From the NCBI GenBank assembly GCA_045567955.1, contig JBJLBX010000033.1, forward strand, positions 1-55,308: DNA of 55,308 nucleotides, in the 5' to 3' direction. Under the pieces are notes generated by a model that was not told the DNA's origin, searched no databases, and worked only from the letters and a program-made list of their open reading frames with translations. How positions within the stretch are numbered: the stretch's first letter is position 1; every line of letters begins with the position of its first letter. This document shows, one piece after another, positions 39,190 through 50,104 of the stretch. The position numbers and the translations under genes are program-made. This DNA comes from Candidatus Poseidoniales archaeon. GTDB taxonomy: Archaea; Thermoplasmatota; Poseidoniia; MGIII; CG-Epi1.

Positions 39190-42100
39190 TTAGTGTGTTC
39201 TACGTCTTAGTATACTTATTACACCAAGAGCAGAAATTACAGCTAATAGATTAAAGCCAGGCAATCCACCATCTTCTAATTGTTCAAGGATTGAGACTGG
39301 AAGTACTTGTTCTCTACAAGTTTCTCCACCATCTTCATCTGTTGCACAAATTTTTATTGTGAAAGTATCGCCTTCTGCAAACTTGTGAGTTATGTTACTG
39401 CCATCTTGTGTAGTTAATGGAGAAGTTCCATCACCAAAATCAACATTGTAAACAATTGTATCATCACCAGGATCTGAAGCACCAACACTGAAATCTAAAG
39501 CTTCTCCTTCCTGACCAGTTGAAGGCATTACCCATTCTGTGATAATTGGAGCTACATTTGCAACTGTAACCATTATTTGTTCTGTTGTCTCATCATCACC
39601 ATCGGATGCTGTAACCACTACCACGAATTCTCCATCATCTGTAAAGGTATATTGTGCGAATGATGAATCTACAATTGAACCATCTGGGAAAGTCCAAGTT
39701 ACTACGACATTATCTAAATTACCAACATCTGAAACTATAGCATTGAAAGATACTGTGTCTCCTTCATTACCAAGTTTATCAAACATAACGTCATCAATAG
39801 TTGGAGCTACATTGAATACTTCAACTTCAAATGTCTCTTCAGTTATGGTGTCTCCATCGTTTACAATTATTGTGATTTCATACCACCCATTATCCAGATA
39901 CATATGGAGTACATTTTCTCCGGCATTATCATAGAATTTTCCATCGCCCATATCCCAACTAATTACTAAATCAGAATAGTCGCCGTCATCCCATACTAAT
40001 GCTTCAATCTTGTACATGTTTCCTTCATAGAGGTCTTCCCATAGCACTAACTCATCAACTCTTGGAGCTTCATTGGTACTAAGCCAAGTTTCGTAATCAA
40101 CAATGCTTTCAATATTGCCATATTCATCAAACATGACTGCCATGAAACGATATTGACCACTTTCATTTGTAGTCCATTCAAAATGAATCTCTCCGCCATT
40201 CGATCCGCTAATCCATGCATCATCACTATAATATTCTAGCCATTCCCAGTAATCGTTTTCTTCATTATACATTTCAACGTAAAAGTCATAAGTTGTATAA
40301 ATCTCGCCATCATAAGCCGTTCCTGGATATAAATCAACCATAACTGTGGTGTCATCTTCAGACCAAACATCATCAAACCATTCGTCAGACATGATTAATG
40401 AGAATTCGAAAGAATCTTCATGATTTCCTTCATCATCATATAGGGTGAAATAGAAATTGTATTTTCCTGGGTCATCTACTGATAACTCAATCTCGAACCA
40501 ATCCCACTCATCTCCATTGATTGTATAATCAAAGTAAGAGTGGTCACTCCAACTTCCATCATCATTCTCTACATACATCTCTACCATAATATTCATTTCA
40601 CAATTACAGTCTGTATTTGGATCATATGCAACTACGAGGTCATGCCATATATTCTCATCATTTTCGTCATTTTTACCCCAGTAGTCCCATTCAGCGAACC
40701 ATTCGTCGTAGTCATCATCTCCACCGCCATTGTCATCACATCCGGCCCAGACTTCGTAGTATCCTTTTTCATCTATTCCGTCATTATAGACTTCCCATTC
40801 ATATTCACCACATGTCTCATTGTGGAGCGTGGCCTCACCAGTCTCGTTAGTTACCAAATAAGCATGGTCGTACCACGCCTCTTCGTCGTCGTTCCATACA
40901 TAAACTGCAATTTCGACACCTTCGACTCCGTTATCCATAATGCCTTGGTGGGCAATGAATCCTACATCATCATAGACTGTATCCTCGTCATCATCAAATA
41001 CCCCATTATCCACATTGACGACTTCGAATTCAGTTGAATTTCCATATGAGTAGAATGGGCCATTTTGAAGGTCAGGGCCATTTTCCTCATAATACACTAC
41101 GTGCTCATACCATCCCTCAGGTAGGTTATCGGAGACGAATATTTCATTAACTGCATGGCCACTATCTACTAGTTCTCCATCCTGGTAAATCTCGAAGTAG
41201 GCGTCTTCCTTGAAGTAATCATCTATCATTACAAATCCAATGTAGTCATTAACGTTTCCATCGTCTTCCCAGTCATAGATATAACCTGCATGTCCAACAC
41301 CGTTGTCATCATCTGTTTGATTGCCGCCACCATCAGAGCTTAGGTAGACATCATAAATCCAGAATTCGTCTTCGTCGTGCCCGTATTCCTGGTCGTACAT
41401 GTAAACATAGAAATCATAGGTTGCATCATAGTAAGAGGTCCAGTCCTGTTCGAACCAATCTTCTTCTCCATTGTAAATGGTATGCTCAGCGTAGATAGAA
41501 TCAATGTAGTCACCAGTATTATTATCGAAGACGTCAATATAGACCTCAATTTCGATATCACAATCACAATCTGTATCAGGATCGTAACCTATGGTAATGG
41601 TATCTGAAGGATCAATATAGTGATCCCAAGCATAGAAGTATTCATCATAGTCTTCATCGCCACCACCACCGCCACCAGTGCTGTCACATCCTGCCCAGAC
41701 TTGGTAGTATCCTTGTTCGTCATTATCTAAATTCGGACTCCAGATATACTCTCCGCAATCCTCGTTGTAGAGCCAAGCCTCACCAGTCTCATTAGTTTGT
41801 ACGGAATCGTGATATTGGTACTCATCTTCTTCTTCGTTATACTTGTAAATATCAATTTCGACACCTTCGACTCCGTTATCGAAATTACCTTCGTGGGCAT
41901 TGAATCCTACATCATCATAAACTGTATATTCATCATCATCAACTACAATATTATCTACATTGACAACTTCGAATTCGGTTGAATTTCCATATGAGTAGAA
42001 GTACCCTGACTGTAACTCTTTATCTCCATTCTCTTCATAATAAACAATTTCATAATACCATCCTTCAGTCAAATTAGAAGAGACAAAAAGCATGTCATAG

Positions 42101-44724
42101 AAATTTGGATTGCCACTGTCGACTAAATTCCAGTTATCATCATAAATTTCGAAGTAGGCATTTTCCTTATAGTCGCCATCTTCTAAAACTCCACCAATGT
42201 AATCATTGACATAGTCATCTTCATCCCAATTATCGATAATGCCTACATGTCCAACACCGTTGTCATCATCTGTTTGATTGCCGCCGCCACCATCATCAGA
42301 GCTTAGGTATACATCATAAATCCAGAATTCATCCTCGAAATTGTAGTCCTCATCATACATGTAAACATTAAAGTCGTAATAATCATCGTTCCAAGAGGTC
42401 CAATCCTGTGTGAACCAGTCACTGTATCCATTATTGATTGTATGATTAGCATACACATAATCTACGTAATCTCCTGTCGAATTCTCATAAACATCAATAT
42501 AGACATATATTTCCATTTCACAGTCACATTCAGTGTCTGGATCGTAACCTATGGTAATCTTGTCTGATGGATCAACATCGTAATCCCAATCATAGAAGTA
42601 TTCATCGTAGTCGTCATCTCCACCGCCGCCACTTGAACGGACGTGAAGTGAAATATTCATATATTCTTCTTCATCCTCTAAGTTTCCATCTTCGTCGTAT
42701 AATTCAACATAGAAATCAAAAGTTCCATTGTACTCTGGTGACCACTCTTGATACCAGTAATCATCATCATCACTGTAAATCGTATAATCTTCTTCAGTTC
42801 CATTTACCCAATAACCAGTTTCATTGTCATAAACGTCAATTACAAAAGTTATATTTATATCACATTCACAAGTTGTATCAGGATCATAATCTATCTCAGC
42901 AGTGTCATCATATCCATCACCATCATCATCGTAAGTATAAGCCTCAATCCAGTCAAAGTATTCATCTTCGTCACCTGGGCCACCAGCTCCACTTGTTTGG
43001 TATAAGTCAACATTGTATATCCAGAATGAGTCTTCCATATTCCAATCTTCATCATATAAATAAACATAAAAATCATAAGAATTGCTATCATGGGCAGTCC
43101 ATGAAAGCTCAAAGTATTCTTCTTCAGTGCCATTAATATTATGATAATTATATTCTCCATCTATCCAATCACCAGTTCCATTCTCATAAACTGAAACATC
43201 AACTTCGACTTCTAGTTCGCAATCACAGTCTGTATTTGGATCATAACTAATGTCTATAGTATCTTCTAAATTATCTCCATCAGTATCCTCGGTTTCGTAA
43301 TCCCAATCTTCAAACCATTCATCAGAATCACATTCGGTGAAATCTTCATCACATTCTAGATACAATTCAAAAGAGAAGGAATCATGATCGTACCAATCGT
43401 CATCATATAACCACACTTCAAAGGTATAATTTCCATCTTTTTCAACAGTGATTACATCAGTTTCAAAATCATCAGTCTCATTGCCTGTGATTTCGTACTC
43501 ATATGAATGATAATCGCCATTATAATCGTCATCATATACATTAATCTCAACCCTTATATCTTCCTCTTCTTGACTAGAAGTATCTGGATTATAAGATATT
43601 GTAACATTATTGATTACTCCGTCGTTATTACTATCTTCAGTTGTATAGTTATGAGTTTCAAACCAATAATAAACATGATCGGTTTCGCTTCCATATGAAT
43701 GCAGCCACCCACTTTGAAGTAAGTCACCATCCTCTTCATAATAAAAATCAAAAGTATAATTTCCTTCTGGAACGTCATAAAATATTATCTCTTCTTCATC
43801 ATTTCCATCATCAGCTGAATCTGATTTGTATAATGTGTTATTATCTTCATAAAATATTTCTACATAAGATAAAGCGTTAGTTTCATTATCTTCTTCTATG
43901 AAAAATGCAAAATCATCAAAATCATCATCATCATCTAAATCATAAAAGTAACCTACATGCCCTATATTGCTTGCTGAATTTGCTTGAAGAAGGAACCATC
44001 CATCATCAATCTCTTCATTTTCATAATATGCAGTCCATCTATATTCTCCATCTGTTAGATTATAAATTACTGCAAATCCCTCATCATCAGTAGTTGAATT
44101 ACCTGCATCAATCCAAAGACCTTGAACGTATCTTTCTAGTTCATAAGAAACATTTGCTACTTCGTAATCTAGAACAAGTGCACGAGCAACGGCATCATTG
44201 TGGAGACCATCATCATCCCATGCTAACGGCCCTCCGTCAATTTGAATTACATCGTTAGGCATTCCCACTTCAGAAAGAGTAATATTACTTATCGAAAAAT
44301 AATCTTCCTCATACCATTCATCATCATAAAGGGTAAAATCGAAAGTATAAGGTCCTGCATTACATGCATCGTCTTCGTAATAACAGTCCTCTAATCCCCA
44401 CTCAAAATCAAAATATTCAGTTTCATTGCCATTAATATCAAAAGAGTCTCCATCGCCATAAATATAATCTCCAGTGTTATTGTAAACGGACCAATCTATG
44501 TAAACTTCCACTTCGTTAGTAGAGTTTGTATCTGGATCAACATGAATTGTTATTAAATCTGAATTATTATCTTCGTCTCTATCTTCAAAATCATAATACC
44601 AATCTTCAAACCACTCTTCAGTTTCTCCGTCTGCAGATGAATATGGAACTACGCTCAAAGTAAGAGCAAAAACAAGGGCCCAAGCAAGGACCTGCTTACC
44701 AATTTTAGATTCTCGATTATACAT
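39190..44724 (-). CDS. giant acidic repetitive cell-surface protein with PKD domains and PGF-CTERM-like anchor
   Basis: Signal peptide, D/E/Y/W-rich repeats with DPDTxCxC, PKD-like WDMGDG/DFGDG, C-terminal LPGF + TM + RRR. Confidence 0.85.
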   Translation of the reverse strand: MYNRESKIGKQVLAWALVFALTLSVVPYSSADGETEEWFEDWYYDFEDRDEDNNSDLITIHVDPDTNSTNEVEVYIDWSVYNNTGDYIYGDGDSFDINGNETEYFDFEWGLEDCYYEDDACNAGPYTFDFTLYDDEWYEEDYFSISNITLSEVGMPNDVIQIDGGPLAWDDDGLHNDAVARALVLDYEVANVSYELERYVQGLWIDAGNSTTDDEGFAVIYNLTDGEYRWTAYYENEEIDDGWFLLQANSASNIGHVGYFYDLDDDDDFDDFAFFIEEDNETNALSYVEIFYEDNNTLYKSDSADDGNDEEEIIFYDVPEGNYTFDFYYEEDGDLLQSGWLHSYGSETDHVYYWFETHNYTTEDSNNDGVINNVTISYNPDTSSQEEEDIRVEINVYDDDYNGDYHSYEYEITGNETDDFETDVITVEKDGNYTFEVWLYDDDWYDHDSFSFELYLECDEDFTECDSDEWFEDWDYETEDTDGDNLEDTIDISYDPNTDCDCELEVEVDVSVYENGTGDWIDGEYNYHNINGTEEEYFELSWTAHDSNSYDFYVYLYDEDWNMEDSFWIYNVDLYQTSGAGGPGDEDEYFDWIEAYTYDDDGDGYDDTAEIDYDPDTTCECDINITFVIDVYDNETGYWVNGTEEDYTIYSDDDDYWYQEWSPEYNGTFDFYVELYDEDGNLEDEEEYMNISLHVRSSGGGGDDDYDEYFYDWDYDVDPSDKITIGYDPDTECDCEMEIYVYIDVYENSTGDYVDYVYANHTINNGYSDWFTQDWTSWNDDYYDFNVYMYDEDYNFEDEFWIYDVYLSSDDGGGGNQTDDDNGVGHVGIIDNWDEDDYVNDYIGGVLEDGDYKENAYFEIYDDNWNLVDSGNPNFYDMLFVSSNLTEGWYYEIVYYEENGDKELQSGYFYSYGNSTEFEVVNVDNIVVDDDEYTVYDDVGFNAHEGNFDNGVEGVEIDIYKYNEEEDEYQYHDSVQTNETGEAWLYNEDCGEYIWSPNLDNDEQGYYQVWAGCDSTGGGGGGDEDYDEYFYAWDHYIDPSDTITIGYDPDTDCDCDIEIEVYIDVFDNNTGDYIDSIYAEHTIYNGEEDWFEQDWTSYYDATYDFYVYMYDQEYGHDEDEFWIYDVYLSSDGGGNQTDDDNGVGHAGYIYDWEDDGNVNDYIGFVMIDDYFKEDAYFEIYQDGELVDSGHAVNEIFVSDNLPEGWYEHVVYYEENGPDLQNGPFYSYGNSTEFEVVNVDNGVFDDDEDTVYDDVGFIAHQGIMDNGVEGVEIAVYVWNDDEEAWYDHAYLVTNETGEATLHNETCGEYEWEVYNDGIDEKGYYEVWAGCDDNGGGDDDYDEWFAEWDYWGKNDENDENIWHDLVVAYDPNTDCNCEMNIMVEMYVENDDGSWSDHSYFDYTINGDEWDWFEIELSVDDPGKYNFYFTLYDDEGNHEDSFEFSLIMSDEWFDDVWSEDDTTVMVDLYPGTAYDGEIYTTYDFYVEMYNEENDYWEWLEYYSDDAWISGSNGGEIHFEWTTNESGQYRFMAVMFDEYGNIESIVDYETWLSTNEAPRVDELVLWEDLYEGNMYKIEALVWDDGDYSDLVISWDMGDGKFYDNAGENVLHMYLDNGWYEITIIVNDGDTITEETFEVEVFNVAPTIDDVMFDKLGNEGDTVSFNAIVSDVGNLDNVVVTWTFPDGSIVDSSFAQYTFTDDGEFVVVVTASDGDDETTEQIMVTVANVAPIITEWVMPSTGQEGEALDFSVGASDPGDDTIVYNVDFGDGTSPLTTQDGSNITHKFAEGDTFTIKICATDEDGGETCREQVLPVSILEQLEDGGLPGFNLLAVISALGVISILRRRTH
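40700..42610 (-). repeat. intragenic tandem duplication, period about 957 bp
   Basis: e.g. CATGTCCAACACCGTTGTCATCATCTGTTTGATTGCCGCC at 41289 and 42246; protein module repeats (GNQTDDDNGVGH; YSYGNSTEFEVVNVDN). Confidence 0.8.
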
Positions 44725-44791
44725 TCGATTCTCCTTAAGGAACACGTGAATAGATTTAGCACTATATAAAATTAGAGATATTCAAATTAGA

Positions 44792-45457
44792 CTATAGCAA
44801 ATTTCTAGAAATTATTGATAATGCATAAGATGTGAAATATGCTTCTTCCCAAGGTTTAAGGTACCCTACTTGAATCACATAATCTAAAAATTCTTCTTGC
44901 ATTTCTATACCTTTGGTTACCATTTCCATATCTTCTGCGTGCATTCCTTTAGCAACGAATTCAATCGGATATCCTTCACGGTGAGGCTGGTAAAGTAAAT
45001 AATCTGGAATAATAGAACGGCCATGTTCGGCTTCACTCATGCATATTTTCCATTCCTTTGCTAAGAATGCATTTTCCATCAGTCCACTGCGTGCCTGTCT
45101 AGCGTTTCTCAAAGGTTCTGTTGCAACATCAATAGCTAAATCTTCAGGTAAATCAGGTAACGCTTTTTCTAATTCAGTCTCAAATATTTCTTTAGCTCTC
45201 TTCAACAATTCATCTGCCGATTTATCCAATAATATTTTTCCAACTGCACGAGCTTGTAATTCTCTAGCTAACTGATTACCTAATAATTCAGGCTCTGGAG
45301 TTTCAAGGAATTTATTTATCGATTCATCTCTTTTATCAATATTATCTAATATTGCATAACCTAATGCAGATCCTCTGATTACTAAGCAATCTTCTGAAGT
45401 TTCCTGATCTTCCAACTGCTCGAGTAGAGGCTTAGCTAAGTGCTCTGGAACCTTCAT
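44792..45457 (-). CDS. hypothetical acidic helical protein
   Basis: ORF with probable ATG 45457 overlapping the pduO TGA (ATGA). Confidence 0.65.
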   Translation of the reverse strand: MKVPEHLAKPLLEQLEDQETSEDCLVIRGSALGYAILDNIDKRDESINKFLETPEPELLGNQLARELQARAVGKILLDKSADELLKRAKEIFETELEKALPDLPEDLAIDVATEPLRNARQARSGLMENAFLAKEWKICMSEAEHGRSIIPDYLLYQPHREGYPIEFVAKGMHAEDMEMVTKGIEMQEEFLDYVIQVGYLKPWEEAYFTSYALSIISRNLL

Positions 45458-45993
45458 TTTACTGAGCGAGAAGTAATTGATTCTCCTTCTTGCCAACGCG
45501 CCATAGCCCAAAGAAGATCGGAAAGACGATTAAGATAAGGTACTGCTAACGAATTTTTAACTCCACAAGATACGGTTCGGCGCTCAGCCCTTCTAACTAC
45601 TGTTCTTGCAATATCAATCAATGCTGAAATCCTATTTTGACCAGGAATTACAAATTCTTTAGGTAGTTCGAATCTTGAAGAAATCTCGTCTATAAATTCT
45701 TCTAAGAAATTAATCATTTCTTCATTAACTTTATTTTTTCCTGATTCTAATTTGTCATGATTAGAAGGATCTGTGGCTAATTCAGCCATTAAAACATATA
45801 AATCTCTCTCAATATGAATAACTTTATTCTCTAAGTCACTACCTTTTTCACATTCAGTTCTAACTAAACCAAGAATTGCTTGAGCTTCATCAACTGAGCC
45901 ATAAGCTTCGGGCAATGATGAGGACTTGGATACTTTCCCTCCATAAAGAAGGCCAGTTTCGCCTTCATCTCCATCACGGGTGTATATCTTCAT
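45454..45993 (-). CDS. pduO: ATP:cob(I)alamin adenosyltransferase, PduO type
   Basis: MKIYTRDGDEGET, AYGSVDE, FVIPG, ARTVVRRAER, YLNRLSD. Confidence 0.95.
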   Translation of the reverse strand: MKIYTRDGDEGETGLLYGGKVSKSSSLPEAYGSVDEAQAILGLVRTECEKGSDLENKVIHIERDLYVLMAELATDPSNHDKLESGKNKVNEEMINFLEEFIDEISSRFELPKEFVIPGQNRISALIDIARTVVRRAERRTVSCGVKNSLAVPYLNRLSDLLWAMARWQEGESITSRSVK

Positions 45994-46031
45994 TATTCTC
46001 TAATTAGCCTATCAATTAATAAAGTTTGTAA

Positions 46032-46433
46032 TCAAGGTTTAGTATTGATTAATAACTCTATTTTTTTATTTTTGTAAATGGCACGGGCAACAAAATAATC
46101 TGAATTATTATTCATCATATTAGTTGTCCATTTTCTTATTTCGTCCATATTAGATTCTCCAACATGCTCTTCTTTAGTTTTTACTTGTATTGCGAAATCT
46201 AAGAGTGTTTCAAAAGGAATACGCCCATAGCCTCCAACATGTCCAGTATAATCACTCCATGATCTATCGACTAGTGAGGAAAACTTACTTTCAAAACCTT
46301 TTGCGGGAACTTCATCAGGTATGCCATTCCCTTTGATTATATCTATATCAGTTCCTGACGAGGCGCGCGATTTAGCAGCCTTGGAAAAACCCCAATATGC
46401 AAGTGCGATTTTTCTTGCAACTTGAATAGACAT
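46032..46433 (-). CDS. hypothetical protein
   Basis: ORF of about 133 aa from probable ATG (MSIQVA); no recognised motif. Confidence 0.6.
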   Translation of the reverse strand: MSIQVARKIALAYWGFSKAAKSRASSGTDIDIIKGNGIPDEVPAKGFESKFSSLVDRSWSDYTGHVGGYGRIPFETLLDFAIQVKTKEEHVGESNMDEIRKWTTNMMNNNSDYFVARAIYKNKKIELLINTKP

Positions 46434-46511
46434 AATTTCTAAAGTAAAAGCCTCTAAATATGCAATTTGATGCATACGAAAGTTTATTTCTGTGCCTATT
46501 ATCCAAATTTT

Positions 46512-49154
46512 ATGAACTCTCCAAAATTGCTTTCTGTACTGATGGTTTTTTTATTTTTGAGTTCACTCTTTGCGACGAGCGGTTGCCTTGAAGAAACAAC
46601 TATTGATGACAGCCTGGATCAAAGTGATACTACTGATTATACTGATAATAACAATAATGACAACCAAAATAATAATGGTGGGATAAAAGAGAATGATTCA
46701 GATAATGATGGATATCCTGACGATATGGATGCTTTTCCATATGATAAAGATGAATGGAAAGATTCTGATAATGACTCAATAGGTGATAATGCCGATAAAT
46801 TCCCTAATGATAGTTGTGCAACCGATGATATGGATGATGATGGAAAGCCTGATGAAATAAAGGAAAATTGTAATACTTCCTTAACGGAAGATGAAGATAT
46901 TGATGGTGATGGATTTAGTAATGAAATGGAAATAATGCTAGGAACTAATCCAAAAAGCTCAGCATCAAAACCATTGGATTACGATGGTGATGAAATACCT
47001 GATGGATTAGATGATGATATGGATAATGATGGAATGAATAATTCCGTTGATCAATGCCCGCGTGGAAGCATGAATTGGGAAGCTGGTTCCTCTGCAGATT
47101 GGGATAAAGATGGGTGTAAAGACAATGATGAAGATAAGGATGATGATAATGATGGAATTATTGATGATTCAGATCTTTGTGAAGAAACTCCATTGGGCGA
47201 AATTCCAAACCAAGAAGGATGCTCAGCCTCTCAAAGAGATAGTGACAAAGATGGAATTGTAGATTCTCTTGATCTTTGCTGGGGAGATGACTCAACTGGA
47301 GATAGTGATGGTGATGGACTTTGTAGTGATAATGATGAATGCTCAGATGGGCCCTTTCTATATGGTGAAGAAGTAGATGTTGAAGGATGCTCTTTCTTTG
47401 AAAAATCTATTCCTTGGAATGGTGGTTCCTATTCTACCAACTACATGGGAACTGTTGGTGATTTTACCATTCCTGAACCTATTGATGAAAATCTAAATTT
47501 TACAAATAATTGGGTTTTTAGCGAAGAATGGAGTGGAAAAGACACCTATGTTTTTGTCATATATAATCCTACTAATCCCGATAGTGTCATAACTTGGAAT
47601 TCAGCAAATCCTGTGGGTCAAGCTACGGAATTGACTCAAATGTTTGAAAAATCTCCAGATAATGTTCACTACTTCTTCGGATCTTATCGAGATGGAGGTT
47701 GGATGGGTGATGTTAGCTACATGTCTGGTCGAGTAAACTTTGCCTTAGCTGGAATGAATGAAGATGACCGAAATCACTGGTCTGATAGAGTACATTATAT
47801 TGCAATGGATGCAAATTTTCTGGATGGTCATATTGCTGAATTTATAGAAGTTAAGGAATCGCCCGCATGGTTTTGCATAGATCAATTGCAAAGATGGCAG
47901 GAAGTTGGAAGCTTTTGGGACTTGAATTTTAACCAAAATTTTAGTTGGTATCGTTTTCACTTTATTGCTAATGAACCCATTTATCTTAATTTTGAGTTTG
48001 GATTAGAACGTGAATTAGCTGCAATGGAATATCATACTAGTACTCCTTGCCATGAACGAATTTATTCTCCTAAAAAATGTATCAAAGGTGAATCTGTAAC
48101 TATATTTGAATGGGATGAAGGCGAATCTAACACGCACGGTGGAGGATGGGGAGGAGGTACAAACGTTAGAAACGTAGTAATGCCCGATAATCTAGACCAA
48201 TTCGATTCTTTTGCAGTTTATACTTATGAAGCCTGCCAGGATCACAAAGGATGTAATGAATGGGATTTTATTGGATATCTAAATGCTTACAGTGCTCAAT
48301 GTTCATTAACCGAATTTACTATCTATGAAGAATGTATTGGTGAAATTCTAACTCAATATGGAACTCAAAATGAATGTGAAAATGCAGGACATCGATGGGA
48401 TGCAGGCAGCGAGGATTCATCAGCTAGATGTGAAGGTAAATGGAATCGCGTCTGGAAGGCTGAGATTGGAAGATATATTACAGCCTACAACCGAGAAGGA
48501 CGATACATCTCTGATGCAAGTCCTATGCTCGGTGTTCTGAAAAATGAAGATATTAATGAATTTAATTATTGGCAACCTAATGCATATGGCCTCACTGTAA
48601 AATTATTCTTCTGGAATGAAAATAAGGATTATACTCCAGTTGGTGCTGAATATTTAGCTGGAGCAACAAGGAAATTTAACTTAGAATACAATGATGTCTT
48701 TGGTAGTGAAAATCCATTTGAGTACAATGTTACTAGCAATACAGAAAGAGTAGAGATTGTAACCTTCTTTACAGGTCATGGTCATAGCAGTACTGATGAG
48801 AATTGTGCTGAATTTTGTAACCATCAACATGAATTTACTATTAATGGAAATACATTAGAATTACTTGAACATCCTAACGGTGGAACTCCATATGGTTGCT
48901 ATAACCGAGTCGATGAAGGTGTTTCAGCTAATCAATACGGAACATGGGTATACGGAAGGGCTGGTTGGTGCCCTGGACAAGATGTAGAGTATAATCGAAT
49001 AGATATTACTGGCGAATCAAGTATTGGTGTAAATGAACTAAGCTATCGTGGATTATACCAAGGCGAAGAATATGATCCAAGTGTAAATGACCCTGATGGA
49101 TATTTGCCTGAAATCAAGCTACGTATGTGGATTATTACTTATGAAGCTCAATAA
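46512..49154 (+). CDS. lipoprotein with thrombospondin type 3-like Ca-binding repeats and C-terminal peptide-N-glycosidase F-like domains
   Basis: Lipobox-like TSGC; DSDNDG/DxDxDG repeats; CNEWD, EIGRYITAY, TGHG...CAEFC..H, GTWVYGRAGWCPG. Confidence 0.82.
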   Translation: MNSPKLLSVLMVFLFLSSLFATSGCLEETTIDDSLDQSDTTDYTDNNNNDNQNNNGGIKENDSDNDGYPDDMDAFPYDKDEWKDSDNDSIGDNADKFPNDSCATDDMDDDGKPDEIKENCNTSLTEDEDIDGDGFSNEMEIMLGTNPKSSASKPLDYDGDEIPDGLDDDMDNDGMNNSVDQCPRGSMNWEAGSSADWDKDGCKDNDEDKDDDNDGIIDDSDLCEETPLGEIPNQEGCSASQRDSDKDGIVDSLDLCWGDDSTGDSDGDGLCSDNDECSDGPFLYGEEVDVEGCSFFEKSIPWNGGSYSTNYMGTVGDFTIPEPIDENLNFTNNWVFSEEWSGKDTYVFVIYNPTNPDSVITWNSANPVGQATELTQMFEKSPDNVHYFFGSYRDGGWMGDVSYMSGRVNFALAGMNEDDRNHWSDRVHYIAMDANFLDGHIAEFIEVKESPAWFCIDQLQRWQEVGSFWDLNFNQNFSWYRFHFIANEPIYLNFEFGLERELAAMEYHTSTPCHERIYSPKKCIKGESVTIFEWDEGESNTHGGGWGGGTNVRNVVMPDNLDQFDSFAVYTYEACQDHKGCNEWDFIGYLNAYSAQCSLTEFTIYEECIGEILTQYGTQNECENAGHRWDAGSEDSSARCEGKWNRVWKAEIGRYITAYNREGRYISDASPMLGVLKNEDINEFNYWQPNAYGLTVKLFFWNENKDYTPVGAEYLAGATRKFNLEYNDVFGSENPFEYNVTSNTERVEIVTFFTGHGHSSTDENCAEFCNHQHEFTINGNTLELLEHPNGGTPYGCYNRVDEGVSANQYGTWVYGRAGWCPGQDVEYNRIDITGESSIGVNELSYRGLYQGEEYDPSVNDPDGYLPEIKLRMWIITYEAQ

Positions 49155-50098
49155 GTGTCTACTTCAGTTCTAAAATACTTGTAGAAACACCACATTGAAA
49201 CCGCTCCAAGAATGTGCCATAATGCATGCCCTTGAACGAGTGAATCGGGATTACATAAAACTCCATCCGTTTTACTTGGTTGCCAAATAATTGTAGCCAA
49301 GAAATAAGAAGCAAAACCTAACCAAAAATAAGGAGTATGTGTTCTTTCTAATTTAATATCTTCAATTTTGTATAAGAAAAAAGCTAATGCAGCCCAAAGT
49401 AATACTGCTTCAAACTCATTTAAAATAAAATCTATAGGTGTAGAACCTGGAGAAGTATACAAGAATAAAACCAAAATAATAGAAGTAGGAATTAAGAATA
49501 TGATGTAAGGTTTTTTCTGATATTTTAGAGCTAACTCTTGAGATATCCAGATTCCGATTAATGCACCCCACAAAAATGTAAGAAGACTAAACTGCCACAA
49601 TAACAATGCAAAAATTACATTTGTTCCCAAATAATACATGATAAATTCTTTTTCGGTCCATCTAAGGAATCTTGAAAAATTATAGAATACTGGCATTGAA
49701 ATATACATCATCATCCCAGTAACATCTAACCAACCTCCCCAGCCAGTATTGAAACCGTGCATAGCAAAACTACCCATTCCAACTGCTACACAGGAAATTC
49801 CGTATAGTGTGACAAACCAACTTCTTGTAGAAAGAGAAGGCTTTCCTTCGATTGGATCGTACTGTGCTAACCAAAGAATATACATTCCAACAAATACAAA
49901 TGCTAAATTGGAAATTGTGTTTGTAGGTTCACGAATCCAGCTCTCTCTAATTTTTTCGCAATACCCTGAGGGACTTGTATTTGTCCAGCTTGAATCATTC
50001 AAAATATACATTAATCCGTATACTAAAAATATGAATGTTATTCCTGAAAGAACTGCAAAGAATTCTTTTCTTTCCTTAATAAATTTAGAGTCGATCAA
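49148..50098 (-). CDS. CREST-superfamily (alkaline ceramidase-like) membrane hydrolase
   Basis: YCE...REPTNTISN, SFAMH (SxxxH), HALWH (HxxxH), multiple TM helices. Confidence 0.8.
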   Translation of the reverse strand: MIDSKFIKERKEFFAVLSGITFIFLVYGLMYILNDSSWTNTSPSGYCEKIRESWIREPTNTISNLAFVFVGMYILWLAQYDPIEGKPSLSTRSWFVTLYGISCVAVGMGSFAMHGFNTGWGGWLDVTGMMMYISMPVFYNFSRFLRWTEKEFIMYYLGTNVIFALLLWQFSLLTFLWGALIGIWISQELALKYQKKPYIIFLIPTSIILVLFLYTSPGSTPIDFILNEFEAVLLWAALAFFLYKIEDIKLERTHTPYFWLGFASYFLATIIWQPSKTDGVLCNPDSLVQGHALWHILGAVSMWCFYKYFRTEVDTY

Positions 50099-50104
50099 GA
50101 TATC

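Noticed and set aside
39539-44093. Many plus-strand ORFs (Ile/His/Ser-rich) in the ORF track
   Set aside because: These are antisense shadows of the GAT/GAA-rich surface protein gene; the same applies to plus-strand ORFs at 52233-55229.
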